Assembly: GCA_051362555.1 (NCBI GenBank)
Contig: CM120643.1
Coordinates: 15,536,644 to 15,600,643 of the forward strand
DNA length: 64,000 bases
DNA from: Lingula anatina
Taxonomy: Eukaryota > Animalia > Brachiopoda
Reading direction: 5' to 3'
In this document: positions 25,565 to 39,689 of the stretch, piece after piece
Numbering within the stretch: the stretch's first letter is position 1
How the letters are laid out: the number at the start of each line of letters is the position of its first letter
Position numbers and translations under genes: made by a program
Notes under the pieces: generated by a model
The model's database searches: none
Seen by the model: the letters and a program-made list of their open reading frames with translations, nothing else
What the model was told of the DNA's origin: nothing

Positions 25565-25623
25565 CATTAAAGGGCCACTTCATGGATTTCCCTGCCAAAA
25601 TCCCATGGAGTGTCCCTTTAATG
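25565..25623. mobile_element. Miniature inverted-repeat element / hairpin with TTAA-AGG...CCT-TTAA ends (Kolobok/T2-MITE-like)
   Basis: Left arm CATTAAAGGGCCACTTCATGG-ATTT versus reverse complement of right arm CATTAAAGGGACACTCCATGGGATTT: 2 mismatches and 1 gap. Confidence 0.6.
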
Positions 25624-26640
25624 GATTTAAGCTTAAGTTTTTTAAAACAAACAATTCATGATTTTATTATCTTTCTATTGTAGTTCTACATATTTCCAGT
25701 TCAAATAGCTGATGCTTATGACCTATAGGTGAGTTACATGCTTTTTAAAAAGATATACATACCACTGGTTATAATATGTATGTTTATAGATTAGCCTTAA
25801 TTGTCATTTAAAAAATAATAAAAAAACATCAATCATATTTTTTTATCAAGAAAATATAATGTTAATGAGAAGGGATCAATTTTTCTTTTCTCCAGGAAAA
25901 AAAATATAGCATGTTGAATTTAAGTCAATATACCAGTATTATTGTAAAACCAAAACCCAGTTCAGATCTGATAAAACTGTCTCTGATGTGAACAGGACCT
26001 TAAATTCTGGTTAAAGATGCCACAGACAAATTTTTGTTTCATATCAGGTATGCCATGGCGATTACATCATTTCTCAAGTGGTACAGCCATAGAGGCGTGA
26101 GGTGCTGGCGGCTGGTACTGATACTTGTACATACAGGTATGTAGGGCGATTGAAGAGGATCTGAAGGCGTGCTCACACATGACGCTTTTCGAGATTGGAG
26201 AGACAGGAATGTTGCATTGAATTGCAACCATTGGTTGAACAGTGAAGTCTATTTGTATAGCAGCACTCTGTCTGTCAAGTGGCCAAATCATGTTTTGTGT
26301 GAACACTCCTTCTAGAGTTTGTAAACACCTCAGTAAACAGGGATCTAGAATGGATTTTTTTGCTAGTAACATTTTGGCCAAGACTTATGGAATCTTTTTT
26401 GGATTTTTTAAGGAGAAAAGTAATTAAGCAGTTAAGGTGGCCAATTCAGTGTAGAAAATTCTCAAGATATTTTCCATTTTTTGCTGAAAAAAGCCATTGC
26501 CAAAGACAAGAAAAAAATGGAAAAAGTCCCTTCATTTGATGTGGAAAAAATTAGATCTGTGCCTTAATTCATTTTTTCAACTCTTGGGATACATAATGTA
26601 TGTCCACATTCCAAGAAATGATGCAATCAGCTGTCTGTCT

Positions 26641-26663
26641 GAGAGAGAGAGAGAGAGAGAGAG
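26641..26663. repeat. (GA)n microsatellite
   Basis: Read directly. Confidence 0.9.
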
Positions 26664-29600
26664 GCAGGCACATTGATGGATGTTGAATCTTTAAATTGTA
26701 CAGATTTTACACACTGTGGCAAACACAGAGCCTCAAATTGTGTAAACTTTTACACTATAAACTCTTCTAATTTTTGTTGTAACAAACATTGCCTCTGATA
26801 TGTGTGTGTACCCCAGCCAGGGAGCTTGTTGCTCTCAGTGAGTGAAAGTTGTTTTTAAACAAGTAGGTGCAGCTGTTATATACATGTAGAAGACATTTAA
26901 GACAGAAGAAGAAGATGATGATGGTTCTGATATCTTTCATTTCTTTGATCAAGCAACCGTGGCTGTTTAGGTCCCTTTTAAAATACACACAGATTCTGTT
27001 AAAATTTGCAAAAAGCTGTACATCTGATTGAGGCACCTTTTCTGATCAAGTCAACCAGTCAGTCAAAAGGTCTGCATATCAGTGAATTTGATTGAATTTT
27101 GATTCCAGTGACAAGATACTTCCCATAAAATAGAATGATGTTTTGACTGAGCCTGGCTACTAGTGCTTGAGTCCAGGGTATCACTTCACTGGTGTCAGCC
27201 TACAACACGACCATTGTGTGTTAATAGCCTTGTTGTGACGATTGTTATCTAATATTTGTGTTTGTATTACCTACCTTAACGCCAATTTGATGAGGTTTAT
27301 CTTATCAAATTTTGTACATAGCGGCTTTAAATGCATTTCACCCCATCTCTGCAACAATGGACCTTGGCTGCATTCACACGTACAAAAAAGTAAGTTGATA
27401 AATCTTTATTGATAATCAATTTTTAAACATTTAAAGTACAAAATAGCAGATTTTAAAAACAACAATATTTTAAAAAGTTATCTAAAGGCCATTTATGTTC
27501 AGTTTAATCTTAAATGGATTGAATAAGATGAAGTTTGTTATGTTCATCCAAGGTTTGATGCCATCAGTCAGTTATAGATATCAAAAAGTTGCCAGCCTAG
27601 CAGTATGCCACCTGAGTGAATGGAGTATAACTGCAGGAACGGGTTGCTGTCAACAGTCCAACTTCCACATTAAACAGCTGATTCCAATGTATGCTTCAGA
27701 ACCTGTTATTTTTTTGCCAGTGTGAACAGGCCACTTCTCAGAAAAGACAAAAGTTGCTCAAAGCTCAATTTGTGACACAATTTATTTCACTGATACTGTT
27801 CATGTGCTTGAAGATGTACAGCGTATGAGGCAACAATGTTTTGAAACAGAGGCTGGTGCAATAGAAAATTGATAGTAACTTGTAGACAGCTACATTTGGT
27901 TGTATATTGTTACATATGTGTTATATAGTACATATATGTGAAAGAGGTAACTAATAGTAGCATCCATTCTGTGGCAGTTGACCACAAGGTGGAAACTTGT
28001 TTGTGGCACTGTTGTGTAATATTGACATCTCTGGTTAGAGGCCCCATCTGGTGGTAAAGGCAGATGTGATACACACTGAGGGATCAACTGTGAAAGTATG
28101 AATTGTTCCGAAAGAAAGTGACCATGCTTTTTAGCATTTAAAAAATGGAGAATAAAAACATTTATCATGACTGTGGATGATTAATGAAACTGGTTTAGTG
28201 CAATTGTACATAGTATGTATTTCACAGTGACATGTTCTGAAGTTTTATGTATTTAAATTGTGAATTTGGAGATTTGATGATAAAAATGATAATAATTATA
28301 TACTTCTAATTATATCCTATATACATGTACAGGCATCTGTCCTAATCAGCTCTTTGTCTTCCAATCCATCAAGACATTTTATTTAAGTTTGGTTAATAAG
28401 TCAAATAAATTTTTGAATCTGCTTTTTACAGGCATGTGCTGGTATGGTGTGTGTGCATGTGCATGTATAAACAATTTGTCATCGCTTTGTTTTACATGAA
28501 TGTGCCTGCATGTGCATGCATGAACATGCACCTGCTTGTTTTTGTGTTGTGAACTTTTAGTATACATATCTAAGTCACATGAAAAAAAAAGTGCATTTCC
28601 ACCATGTACCTGTATTTTGTATGCAGGGCAGTGTATTTAAATTCCATTTCTCCTGTGTGCTTTTTAAAGATAGTCATCTCTTATGTCCATTACTAGACAA
28701 TCAGCATCTTAGAACATTTTCCAAGAACATAATCTGCGAATTCCTGTTTGTACTAGATGCAGAAGACATTGATGAAGACAGAGGGGTTGAAAGGGAATGG
28801 CATATAAAGTATTGATTTTTGTACACCATATTTTTATGTTATAAAAAGGTGGCTTATATTATAATTACTCAATGCATGATTTCATTGTTTTTTTGTTTTG
28901 TTTTTGACAGGGATTATTGGTGATGAATCAATATATTTTATGTAAGTAATTAGTTGGTGGCATTACAAAAAATGTTTCTTCTGAGAGTTAGAGTATGACT
29001 GCTTTGCAAAATTAATAGACTAATTCTGCGCTGAAATAGTTGGGTGTTTTTTCCCAGAATAATTGCTTAAACTGTCTGATTTTTCAGCAAGTCTATTTGT
29101 TTATTTATTTATTTTTGCAAAATGAATTGTATCTTGATGAAAAATAATCAAACATTTAAGATTTTTATCTTTCTTTGAATACAGTGTAACTCAATGATTT
29201 AAAAAAAAAAATGCAATAATTTATTCACAGAACCTCATTTGTCAGCCAAACCTGAAGACTATGAATTAAAATGTACTGGAAGTAGGTTTCTTGTCAGAAG
29301 GGCATTTTTGGGAACAGCTGAGAATTTTGAAAAAGTAAAATCTTTGCAGTAATAAATGAGTTTCAGATTGTTTGAAATTGCTGTCACCGTCACATATGTC
29401 TAGGGGGAGAGAAAAATGTATTTTAATAAGCTCAGAGAGAGGCACACAGTTATTGTGATTGGTGACTTCAGTTATTTGTGTCCTGTTTTAAAGGCAAAGC
29501 CACAAAGATCGGGACCAGAGCTTCCAAACAAAATAAATATTTTTACAAAATGCTAGACTGCGAAATGGAGCCCAACATCAACGGCTCCTTTGGAAAAAAA

Positions 29601-32600
29601 CTGCCATGTTTATTCTCCGAGACATACAGTACGCCGTGTTTTGCAATTACAATTTGTCTCTGAGAATGTCCTGCAGTGTATGCCCCTGGTAGTTCCAAAG
29701 AACAGATGCTGTTTGGGAATGAAAATAATTTGGGAGCAGGCCTTGTTGGTACCAAGTGGGGGTTTGTTTTGCTTGTTGTACAGGTTTGGAGGGGGAAGGA
29801 GACATAAGTCAGATCCATCATTGGACAGGAGTACAGGTAAAGTATTTAGCCAAGTTTAGACAGTTTGTTTAGAAGTTGAAGAGGGCTGTGAGTGTCTGGA
29901 AGAAAGATGTCTGCCATTGTGGAACCGTTGCTGTTGCTGTAGTATTTCACATTGGAAGTCTCGGTCAGAGTTTGGGCTGGGGTAACATCAGTGCAGAAGT
30001 ATGGCTCTGGAAAAACTTAGACATTAAACATAGATCAAAAAGAATTTACATAGAGGTGTGTTTCAGTAGGAACATGATTACTTATAGATGTGTTTTAATT
30101 TTTTTAAAATGAAAACACGATTAATTAATTTGCAGTTTAAACTGTGACTCCAATGTACCATCGTAAAAGATCTGTACGAGTTAAAATTTTGCATGTAGAA
30201 CAAAGTGGTTTGGGGAGCTGCAAAAACCTAAGAAGTAAATTTACATTTCTTACATATGTACTTGTTTGTTTTCTGTATGAAAATCAGTATGACTGCCTTG
30301 TTGAAACTTAAAATGAAATTCGTTATCAGATGTGTAATGAGAAATTTATGATTAAGAAAGGAAAAATATTTTACTTTTTTGTAAGATGCATTGCCAAATT
30401 CTGTTTGTTGGAAGTGTAATGGCCATAACCAATTTTCTGACCTCCTGAATTTATCATTCATGTCACTGTTATAAAACCCAGTTTGCCATTTCCCTTTTTT
30501 CCTTCAAAATTTTAAGGAGAAAAGGGGCGTAGCATCTTCAAATTCAATAAAAAAAAAAGACTGATGTCTCCAATAATGCTAATAGAATATCATATTTGTT
30601 CTTTCCTTAAAAAATATTACTTGTTGTTGGAAGGAGGAACCTGTGATCAAAGTTTAATTTCCTGCTTCATGGTATATAACAAGTCAGAGTTGTTTAGTAC
30701 CATTCTCTGAAAGTCACATCAGAGGGATATGAGTATTTTGTCAAAATTACAATCCACTGATTCAAATTGTGTGTGAATTGGAACAAAAACAAAAGATGTG
30801 TGTTATTACCAAATTATATTCACTGGAGGTAATGAGAAAGTTATTAAGATGTAGCAGTGTCCTTGTACTATTAGACACGGGAGTTGTTGAATAAAACAAG
30901 TAATAAGAATATTGAGTTAATAGACATTACAGGGTTGTCTGCAAACAGTGATGTTATGAAAGAGAGGGAAACTTCAAAGTGCAAAGAGTTGCCTCTGTAT
31001 TAGTGCATGTAGCATTTATCAAAGAATTAAATAGGATTTATGCACTAATAGACTTATTCTAGCAATAATATGTACAAAAACTTAACACAAACATGGATAT
31101 TTCAATAAGATAGCCCTGGGGATGCAAGATGGTGGCCAGGTGATCTCGATAGTCTTCCAAGCTGTCTCTCATGCAATTGGTCTTCATCACTCTTCACTGA
31201 TCGCCTAGTGTTTTGTGAGCACAGGTAACTGTTCAAAACATGCTTGTTTTTTTTTCATAAGTTCTGTTGAATTGCAGTCCTTTGCACAAAAGTACATATT
31301 CACCGTGTTTTGCATGTCATTTTTGTATTGCTTTGTGAGACGCAGCATGTTTTGCTTGTTACTTTTGTGTGCTTTCTAAGGTGACGTACCCAGCGCATAG
31401 AGTTTCACTCTTGTGGCTCTAAGTTAAGCCCCACCTCACGTGGATTATCACTAGTTTTTCTACTTTTATTCCACAGTCAGACAGTCTTATTTAAACTATC
31501 TAGGATGATTTCCATCCAAGCTTATCAATATTATTAATTGGAATATGGAAAATTTGAATGCAAATTAGAAGTTTTACTCGATGTGCCTGTTGCTGTCAAG
31601 TATATAGGAAAAAATGTTTAAAATGAAGAAAAAATTGAGGTTTTAAAATAAAGAGGTCATGTCTTATGAGTGAATTCAATTCTATATTTTAAAATGATAT
31701 TTGTTTGGAATGGGCGAGACTTGTGTACTTGGGACGCACATGCTATCATTGGATTCATTAACGAGCTCTCTGTTCACCTCTGGTGTTACTTCCTTTGTTT
31801 TAAGGAAGAATCTTCATAGCAAATAAATCATTATCATTGGGGGATACATTTGGAGAACCTTCTGCTTGTAAATCTACATGCACCATAATATCCCGATACA
31901 CCAAAATGCCATATATGCTTCAGTTTCTATTAAAAACTATACTGTGTATAATGATATTCATTAAATAGAGATGCAAATCACTTGATGTGTGTCCATTACA
32001 TATATTACACTGCAGGTATTTAATGCGTATGTAAGACATTGAACAATTCACCCTTTCTTCTCATAACATGCAGATTATGTACTTATTAACCGCTGTCATT
32101 TATTGATAAAAATACTGCCTTTGACTTGAGTCTGTCTGTGCGTTGTAATGGCGGCATCAAACCTTTAAGACAGCCTGTAGCCCCGAGTTGGTGACCCCCA
32201 CACTATGAACCTGTGGTTGAAGAACAAGGCACAGCCTGATATGTGAACTAAGAAAAGACCAAAGAGATCAGCCCAGAATAACATGGCAAGTGCACAGAAA
32301 CTTAACGTTCGCCGTGGCATTTGGTGTGTTCGAGACTGTGCCAACGAGCAAAAGGCCACTGCATTCGCACATGCAGGCAGTGCTCTGGGCGGAGTGTGCT
32401 GAGTGAGGAAATATGAGCGTTTTGTAAAGGCGAATCCAGCTGCGGAGCTGACATGCTTGGTGTGATTACGCAGCAAGTAAAGGAGTTTTTCGTGGCAAAA
32501 ACCCCGTCTGTGCCTGTTGGGTTTATATTGTAGTATATTCTCTCCTGTGGCGGGCGCTATAAATGACAAATTTTACAAATGCATTTTTTTTGTCTGAAGT

Positions 32601-33218
32601 CAGTTGGAATGATTAGGCCAAGGTCATTCAGGAAAAATAAGTCAAAGTTCATAACAAAAATTTTAGAAATGGTTGTAATCGTGGTTCTGTTGCTGGAAAC
32701 AAATCCAGTTATTGTGTTTAATGACCTAAAGTCAGGCTCAGAAATTAAAATGTTTTGTAGGACAATGTAACAAGTTTTCATAAGTATTAAGAAAGTAGCA
32801 TAAAGATATTTTATTTCTGTTTCACACATTTTGCTGAGAAACTTTTTAGGGGGGAGGGGGGGGGGAGCGGTAATTCAGTTGGCACTGTGACTTACATTTC
32901 TGGCACTAGATGTCTCTCACGTGCTGCCATGCCAAGAGACACCCAGTCCAGTGGAAGTGGTGAGCAACATGACTTCATGTGATCGAAGAAAATAGTTTGG
33001 ATGAATTCATAGCTCAATACAGTTCACAGCTTTGAACAATTAAGCAACCTTGTTTCTTAGTTCTTTTTCTCTAAAAGATATGATTTTTAATATCAAAAGA
33101 AAAGTTAAATTGCAAGTTCAGCCAATATCAGTGGTTGCTTTATTGAATCATATTAACATACCATTTGAAATAGTTATGATTTAATGAGTGATAGGATATT
33201 GATTAAAAAAATTAGCAC

Positions 33219-33310
33219 GTAGACAAATAGATAAATAGATAGATAGGTAGGCATACATACAAACATACACGTAGGCAGACAGATAAACAGACCGACAGAC
33301 AGTCTAGATA
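33219..33310. repeat. Compound tetranucleotide microsatellite (AGAT/ACAT/AGAC)
   Basis: Read directly. Confidence 0.8.
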
Positions 33311-36300
33311 GTTGATCAGTGAGTTTGTAGTCTTAAGTTGATGGATGGAAGGTTGGAAAGATTAATGAATGCAAGCTTTTGAGATATGTTGAATTTCTTA
33401 TGTATATGGATTTTATATTTTCATTTTCTTCATGCATTTAGGTGGTGAACGAATGCTCAGAGTTCTTTCAGTAATTGTTTTTCATGTTGCAGACTGATAG
33501 CAAGCACAGGGTCAGCTCATGGTCATCATGACAACAGTGGTGGTCATCTTGGGTCATCTTGACCACCAATGGAATGTCCAGTTGAAGGGTTTTTGTATGA
33601 CAGTTTCCTTGACTTCATGGAAGATGGCCAGTAGTGACTATGATTTAAGCCACCAGTTCATGAAAGGTGAGAGGTCAACCCTAACCCTGCTGCTGAAAGT
33701 TAAGTAGTAAGGTGTCCACCTCAGATGTTTTTTTTTATTATTTTTTTATAAAAGATGCTGAAAATTGATTATTTTATGTCATGTTAAAAATGTAACGTCT
33801 TTATCATAATTGTGTAACCATTGCTGAAGGATAAAATCAATATTTAGCATAATGTAGGCACTAATGAGTGAAAACAAACTTTTATAAAGTAAATTCATTG
33901 GTTGCAAAACTTCCTATAGAAGTTCCAACTCTTAGAAATAAAAATTGTTAAAAATACACAAAGTATTTTGAATTCAGTTAGAAAATCTGCTTGTCTGTCT
34001 CATGTTTTATCCTCCTAAATCACATCACCAGTTCAGCATGCAGCGCAACATGCAGTAATTTTATCTCAATTTCTTCCTACAACTAAGTCTTCACTCTGTG
34101 CGGATAAACCACAGTCATGTTCTCTCTGTTCAGGTGTTTCAGTTAAGGACTTTGTTTTATGCCAGTCCCGCGACCCAGCAAGCTGTTCTGTAGCCTCACC
34201 TCTGACCTTGCCTAAGTTTTACACCGAATGACCCCGAGGAAGTCAACTCGGTACAGTGCGTGGAAGGTAAACACTATGATGAGTCCCGCGGCAGGAGTTG
34301 TCAAAGTGTCAGACGTGAAGCTTCTATTGCTATTTTAAAGTCAGATATTGAACATGGGTGTTTTGTAGCAAGTTTATGAGCAGACTTTTAACTTCCAACT
34401 CGTGATGTTTTTTGGCTGAATTTGATGATATAGTTTTATGTTTATAGCTTTACCTAGAGCAAGTGCATTTCTCTGAACCATCTTTTGATGATTTAATATC
34501 TTGCTTAGAGGCTGCATTTCAACAATTGCGGAAATGGTTTTTAGTCTGGCTGAAGACCAATTAATTATTGTGCCAATTTGTCAAAGATTTTACAAAAAAA
34601 GTTTCATTTGAATATAATTTCTTGGATATTTGACTTCAAAAAATATTATGCTGCAGTATGACCAATATAACATATGCTACATATGAAGTCTGCTGAAGTT
34701 ACAGAAAATATAACAAGTCAAGGAACTATCATAGCAATCAATTAATTAAGTCACTATCATTTTTGAATGCAACATGTAGATTTGCAAATGCTCTTAGTTT
34801 ATGATGCTATTATTTATACCACTCCATCATTTTAAAACACTATATTGCTGTGGATTCCATCTGTTACATGTACATGCATGTAGTTAAACCCTTTATTTGA
34901 TAATGAAGTTACATTGTTTTCAATAAATGGTAAGTATAATTTTAGAGAATTAGGTTATTACTTATCCATAGCAAATAAGCAATAAGAACTTAGTAGATAC
35001 TTAAATTGAGGATAAATGATGTTATATTGTGCATCTTTTCTTAGACTTGAAGCCATAGTCTGCATGGTTCAACAAAACAGTTTTAGCCCAAAATTTAGTA
35101 TAAACTTTTGGACCAAAAATCAAGTCTGCTATCATTCAAGAAAAATAGAATTTCTGCCTAATGTAATGCAATCAAACTTCCCTTTTACAGACAGTAAATG
35201 TATTTCAGTCCTCAATCAAGAACATGTTAAGCCCTCCTGCCCCCTCCCCAGTATACAGTCTAAACCAAATATGAGATGCTTTTGTTATAGTGAATTATCT
35301 GACACCTGCTGTTGGTAGACACATCTTTATTATTTTGAAAAGTAAGTTTGGACACTTTTAGGCTTAGCATTCACTGTATACAAAGGTAATTCAGAAGTTT
35401 TTTTTATTATTATTAGCTTACTTCTTCCAAAATTATCTCTGAAAGATTGATCATCTTTGTCCATTGAAATTGATTTAGTCATAACTGTAACTTTGGTTCA
35501 GCATTGTTTAGCATTACTAACAAAACATTTTGGAGAGAAATCTTTAAACAGTGTCGTTTTTTATTTACTGAGTACTTTCTGTTACAGTAGTACATGTAGT
35601 TGCAGTGTTTATACAATTACCTGGTAGAAAATCATTAATTCAGCTCTTTGTCCTCACTCCTTCACCTTCCACCTCAGAACAGATCATCTATAATTACTGT
35701 ACATTCTCAATTCCATACTTTCCAAGATTTATGTTTTTTGTCAGGAACATTTTATTAAAAGAACTTTAAGTCACAATGTCTTTTTGTGTCATTACTATCA
35801 AGACATTGTCTTATTGTTGAAATACATAGAATTAGATGAAATCTGTTTGAATGTAATGATTTGTAGTAGTAGATATGCCCAGGGAACTGTGAACCCTGTG
35901 TAAAGTCCCCATGGATTCATTCATTCAGTCACATAGCCTGCCATTGCAGGTTTTTATGATCTGTTCGCTTGGAATATTAAGATTAATGACTGTCCAACAT
36001 GCATCCGACATTGCTGGAAGATGTGGCTTGCATTCATTGTATACATGTTTATACTGTACAGTATATGTATATACATATCTGATTATATATCTGTCACATT
36101 TGTGAATACTATAACTGTCACACTGTGTTTTTGTTTTACTTTATATTTACTAGGAGGTTTTGTTTGGTTGAAAATGCAGGTTGTGTTAAAAATCAGCATG
36201 GTGGGATTATTTTTTCAAAAATTATTGATATTTTTTTGCTTTTTTGCAACATTGACATTTAAACTGCCGAATTGTAATGTTTGTTTTACTTTTAATTGAG

Positions 36301-37532
36301 TAGGTTTTGTTAGGCAAAAAAAAAAGGTTGGTTAAAGGAAAAAATCAGCTTGATCAGTTAATTTTTACAAAAGTTATTTACACATTATGTGATGTTTTGC
36401 AATACTGGTGTCTGCAGGTGTTGAATGTGATGCCATGACTGAAAGTTGATTGATGGAAAAAAAAGAAAGAAAAATGAAAAAAAAAAACTAATGAAAAGTA
36501 CATCAGTAAACTTAATTACTGCAATCATGAAGAGGTTGAGTATTTGAGGTTCAATTAAGGTACTAGTAACTGAATTTAAGACAGTTGAGGTGTATCTGTT
36601 CATATACCTGTGTTGATATGTCTATTCCAGCAGATTAGTTTTGGAGGAGAAAGGGAAAGCCAAAAAAAAAAAAAAAAGATGTATAATGTGTAATTACTTG
36701 TCAATCACCAGTACGGTGACCTGAAAACTATAAAATGCTCAGGTGTGAATTTGCTTAAGTTTGTATGACCCAATATATATCTTATCCTGATGTACATTTG
36801 AAGCAATTCAGTAACAGTGACTGTAAGTGGGCTTGATACCTTATAAATGGCAAAGAAGCTTTTTCCATTTCTTTGAATATAGAATGTATGCTTATCTTAG
36901 TATTAGTGCAAAAAAACTCTCTTTTTTGTTGTTGCACTTCTGTACAAAGGGCAGCCAAATGTTTATCATCAGTTTAACTGCTTTGTTAATTGGTGTGAGA
37001 TACTGATTGCTTTTTGCTGGAACTCTGTAACTAAGTAAGACATTGTCGTGCAAATTGGCTTGGTTGATTACAATTTGATGCAGCTATCGTATGCCATATT
37101 GGTGTTACATTTTTTGTTTAGGAGATTTGAACCCATAATTATGATGTTCCATTAAACAAAATTGTTATTATGTCTATTTATTGATAAAGTCAGAAGTAAG
37201 CCTGTCAAGAAAGTTTCTGGCACTGACTTGTGGTTCTTTATTTTTAAACAGGCATTAAAATGATATGGGTAGCTGTTCAGGTGAGGGAGATCTGTTTGGA
37301 ATCCCCCCCGTCCACCTAAAAAAAAAAAAAAAAAAAAACTACTGTTATGTCATCAGGTTGAACAAGCTATTTCACTCTGATGTATTTTGACATGACAGCA
37401 CTATCTCATAACATGACAATGTTTCTATCTCATTTATCTAAGTGGAAAAGCAAAAATATTAATAATAACAATAATATAAATGTATGTTGAACCCCCTTAC
37501 AGGCCTGTAGCAGCCCCATAAGATTGGAGACC

Positions 37533-37815
37533 GGGGGTTGATTTCACAAACATCTACCTTTAGCCTGAAAACTAGTATAAAAATTTAGACCAAACTTTTT
37601 TATACTTTGATCCAAGATAAACCAGATACAGTAGTCTCATCAAAAGTAATGTGTCTATTTTATAACAAGAAAGATATGGCTACTATATCTGACCAGCATT
37701 TACTTACCTTATTTATTAAGCGAGCTACAATATATTTTGTCTTGATCTGAAGTAGACAAGATTTTTAGTTTAAGAGTTTAGAGCAATGTTTGGGCTGAAG
37801 ATGTGAAGTGACCCC
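37533..37815. mobile_element. Degenerate MITE (GGGG..TTCACA termini; PIF/Harbinger-like by inference)
   Basis: Left end GGGGTTGATTTCACA and right end TGTGAAGTGACCCC form imperfect TIRs about 280 bp apart around an AT-rich interior. Confidence 0.45.
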
Positions 37816-39298
37816 AGCTCCAGGACAGGCCCATGGCAAATGTGACATATGCGAGGTAGCCAGAGATATATATGTATATGCCTGGTGGAGAATTTGGACA
37901 TGGGCAAAAACAATTCCATTGGGAAACTATAAACTTGTATATTGTCTTTGAAAGCTTTTGGAACCAGAACATCCTCAATTTGTATTGTATAAACTAAATA
38001 TAAAACATGCACCAGTATTTTATCTAACTGGGACAGGAAAGCTTCAAAGTAGAAACATATTTATGCAATATACTATGTAAGTGTTCGTGTGCAATATAAG
38101 CAGTTCTTACTTGAGAGAGGTCTATAACTGAAGAGTATTAGCCAAGGTGAAATATATGATGATTGACATTCATGAAAATTGTTTCAGTGTAATATCATTT
38201 CAAGAATCATCCGTATTTGTAGATAGCTAAATCCAATCAAGGTAGAAGTGGAAAGTTATTATAATTTGATATGTGGTTGAACCAATTGTTTGTCTGTTTC
38301 AACCACAGAAAGCCATGTGAGTCATATGTTATTATTTTATGGATGATGTTCTAATTTCAAGTAGCAAAGTGGTCTTTAAGTCAATTAATTCAAATAAATT
38401 ATGTGTTATTATTATTATATGATGCATACATTTTATTTGAAACAGTCATCAGCATATAAAATAAACACTGTAACCCACAGTCCAATCAATGCAAGCTCAA
38501 ATAGCTCATTAAGCATAATTAACCAAATTATGAGCATGTACAGTGAAATTAAGATCTTGGTAATTTGCCTGTTTTGTGAGATATGAGTTACCCTTCAAAG
38601 AAAAGAATCTCCGCCTCCCAAAAGCTTCCGTGTATCCCCTTGTTAGAGCCTCGCGTGGTATTTGGCGAGGTTGCATGACAGAGTTTGACACACGTGCCCT
38701 CCGTGTCAAGTCAATGGGTACGATCCGAGGTTCAGACCGTACATGTGTTTCAGGCAATCAAAAAGTAGCATGCAAGGTTTTGAAAGTTCTTAACTACCTA
38801 TGCAGCTACCTACTGGTGTTTTTTTTTTAAGCAGGGATGAGAATTATGTGATTTATTTATTGACTGTCAATTTATTTATTTTTGTGCTATTCATAAAGTC
38901 TTCTCATTTTATATGATTAGATTTTTACCTGCTGTTTCAAACTTATTCTCTTTTGTAGTCTAATGACTTGCCAACTATATAAGTTTTTATCTGACAGGTA
39001 CATGAAAGAAAAACTGCATGCTTCAACTTTTTGCCAGTAGACTAGATTTTTTTTTTTTTACCTGTATGAATATTTCTTTTCTATCTCTGTGAAGATATTT
39101 TTACTACTTCGGTGACATCTATTCAGGAAGATGAGATAAAAAGGTATTAAAAAAATAAATAAATAAATAAATCAAGACTTTTTCAGGTCTTAAATTCAGA
39201 AGTTAACTGCTCAAAATGATATATTCTATAACAAATAAACATGGAGTTGGCACTTTTATTATTACTGCCTTTGCCATTATTGCAACTTACTCAATACC

Positions 39299-39300
<2 letters not shown>

Positions 39301-39331
<31 letters not shown>
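39301..39331. repeat. (TA)n microsatellite
   Basis: Read directly. Confidence 0.95.
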
Positions 39332-39334
<3 letters not shown>

Positions 39335-39689
39335 TCTTTCAAAAGTACAGAGTAATTTAATCACGTATATTTATTGACAGTTAATGTGACAACATTATGA
39401 AATGTTAACAGGCTTAACGATGTAAATTTATTATTGGATCTTTTTCTGTCATAAGAACAAGTGTATTGTGTCTATTATCCAGGCATTATCTTCAACTAAA
39501 GCAAATCATTTTTTAATAAAAACATGGGCGTTAAATATTTCACATTGTTTGGACTAACATTAATAAAAAATTAACCATCTCTTGAAATTATATGAATGGG
39601 GATGTTGAAAGTCATAACATATCACCTACATTGATCAACATGGGATTTAAACTTATTATATAAATGATGTTGGTGGCCATGATACCCAA

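Noticed and set aside
34277-34420. ATGATGA ... CTGA as a box C/D snoRNA
   Set aside because: No terminal stem or recognisable guide, and it starts only about 10 nt from a candidate donor; these short motifs are common.
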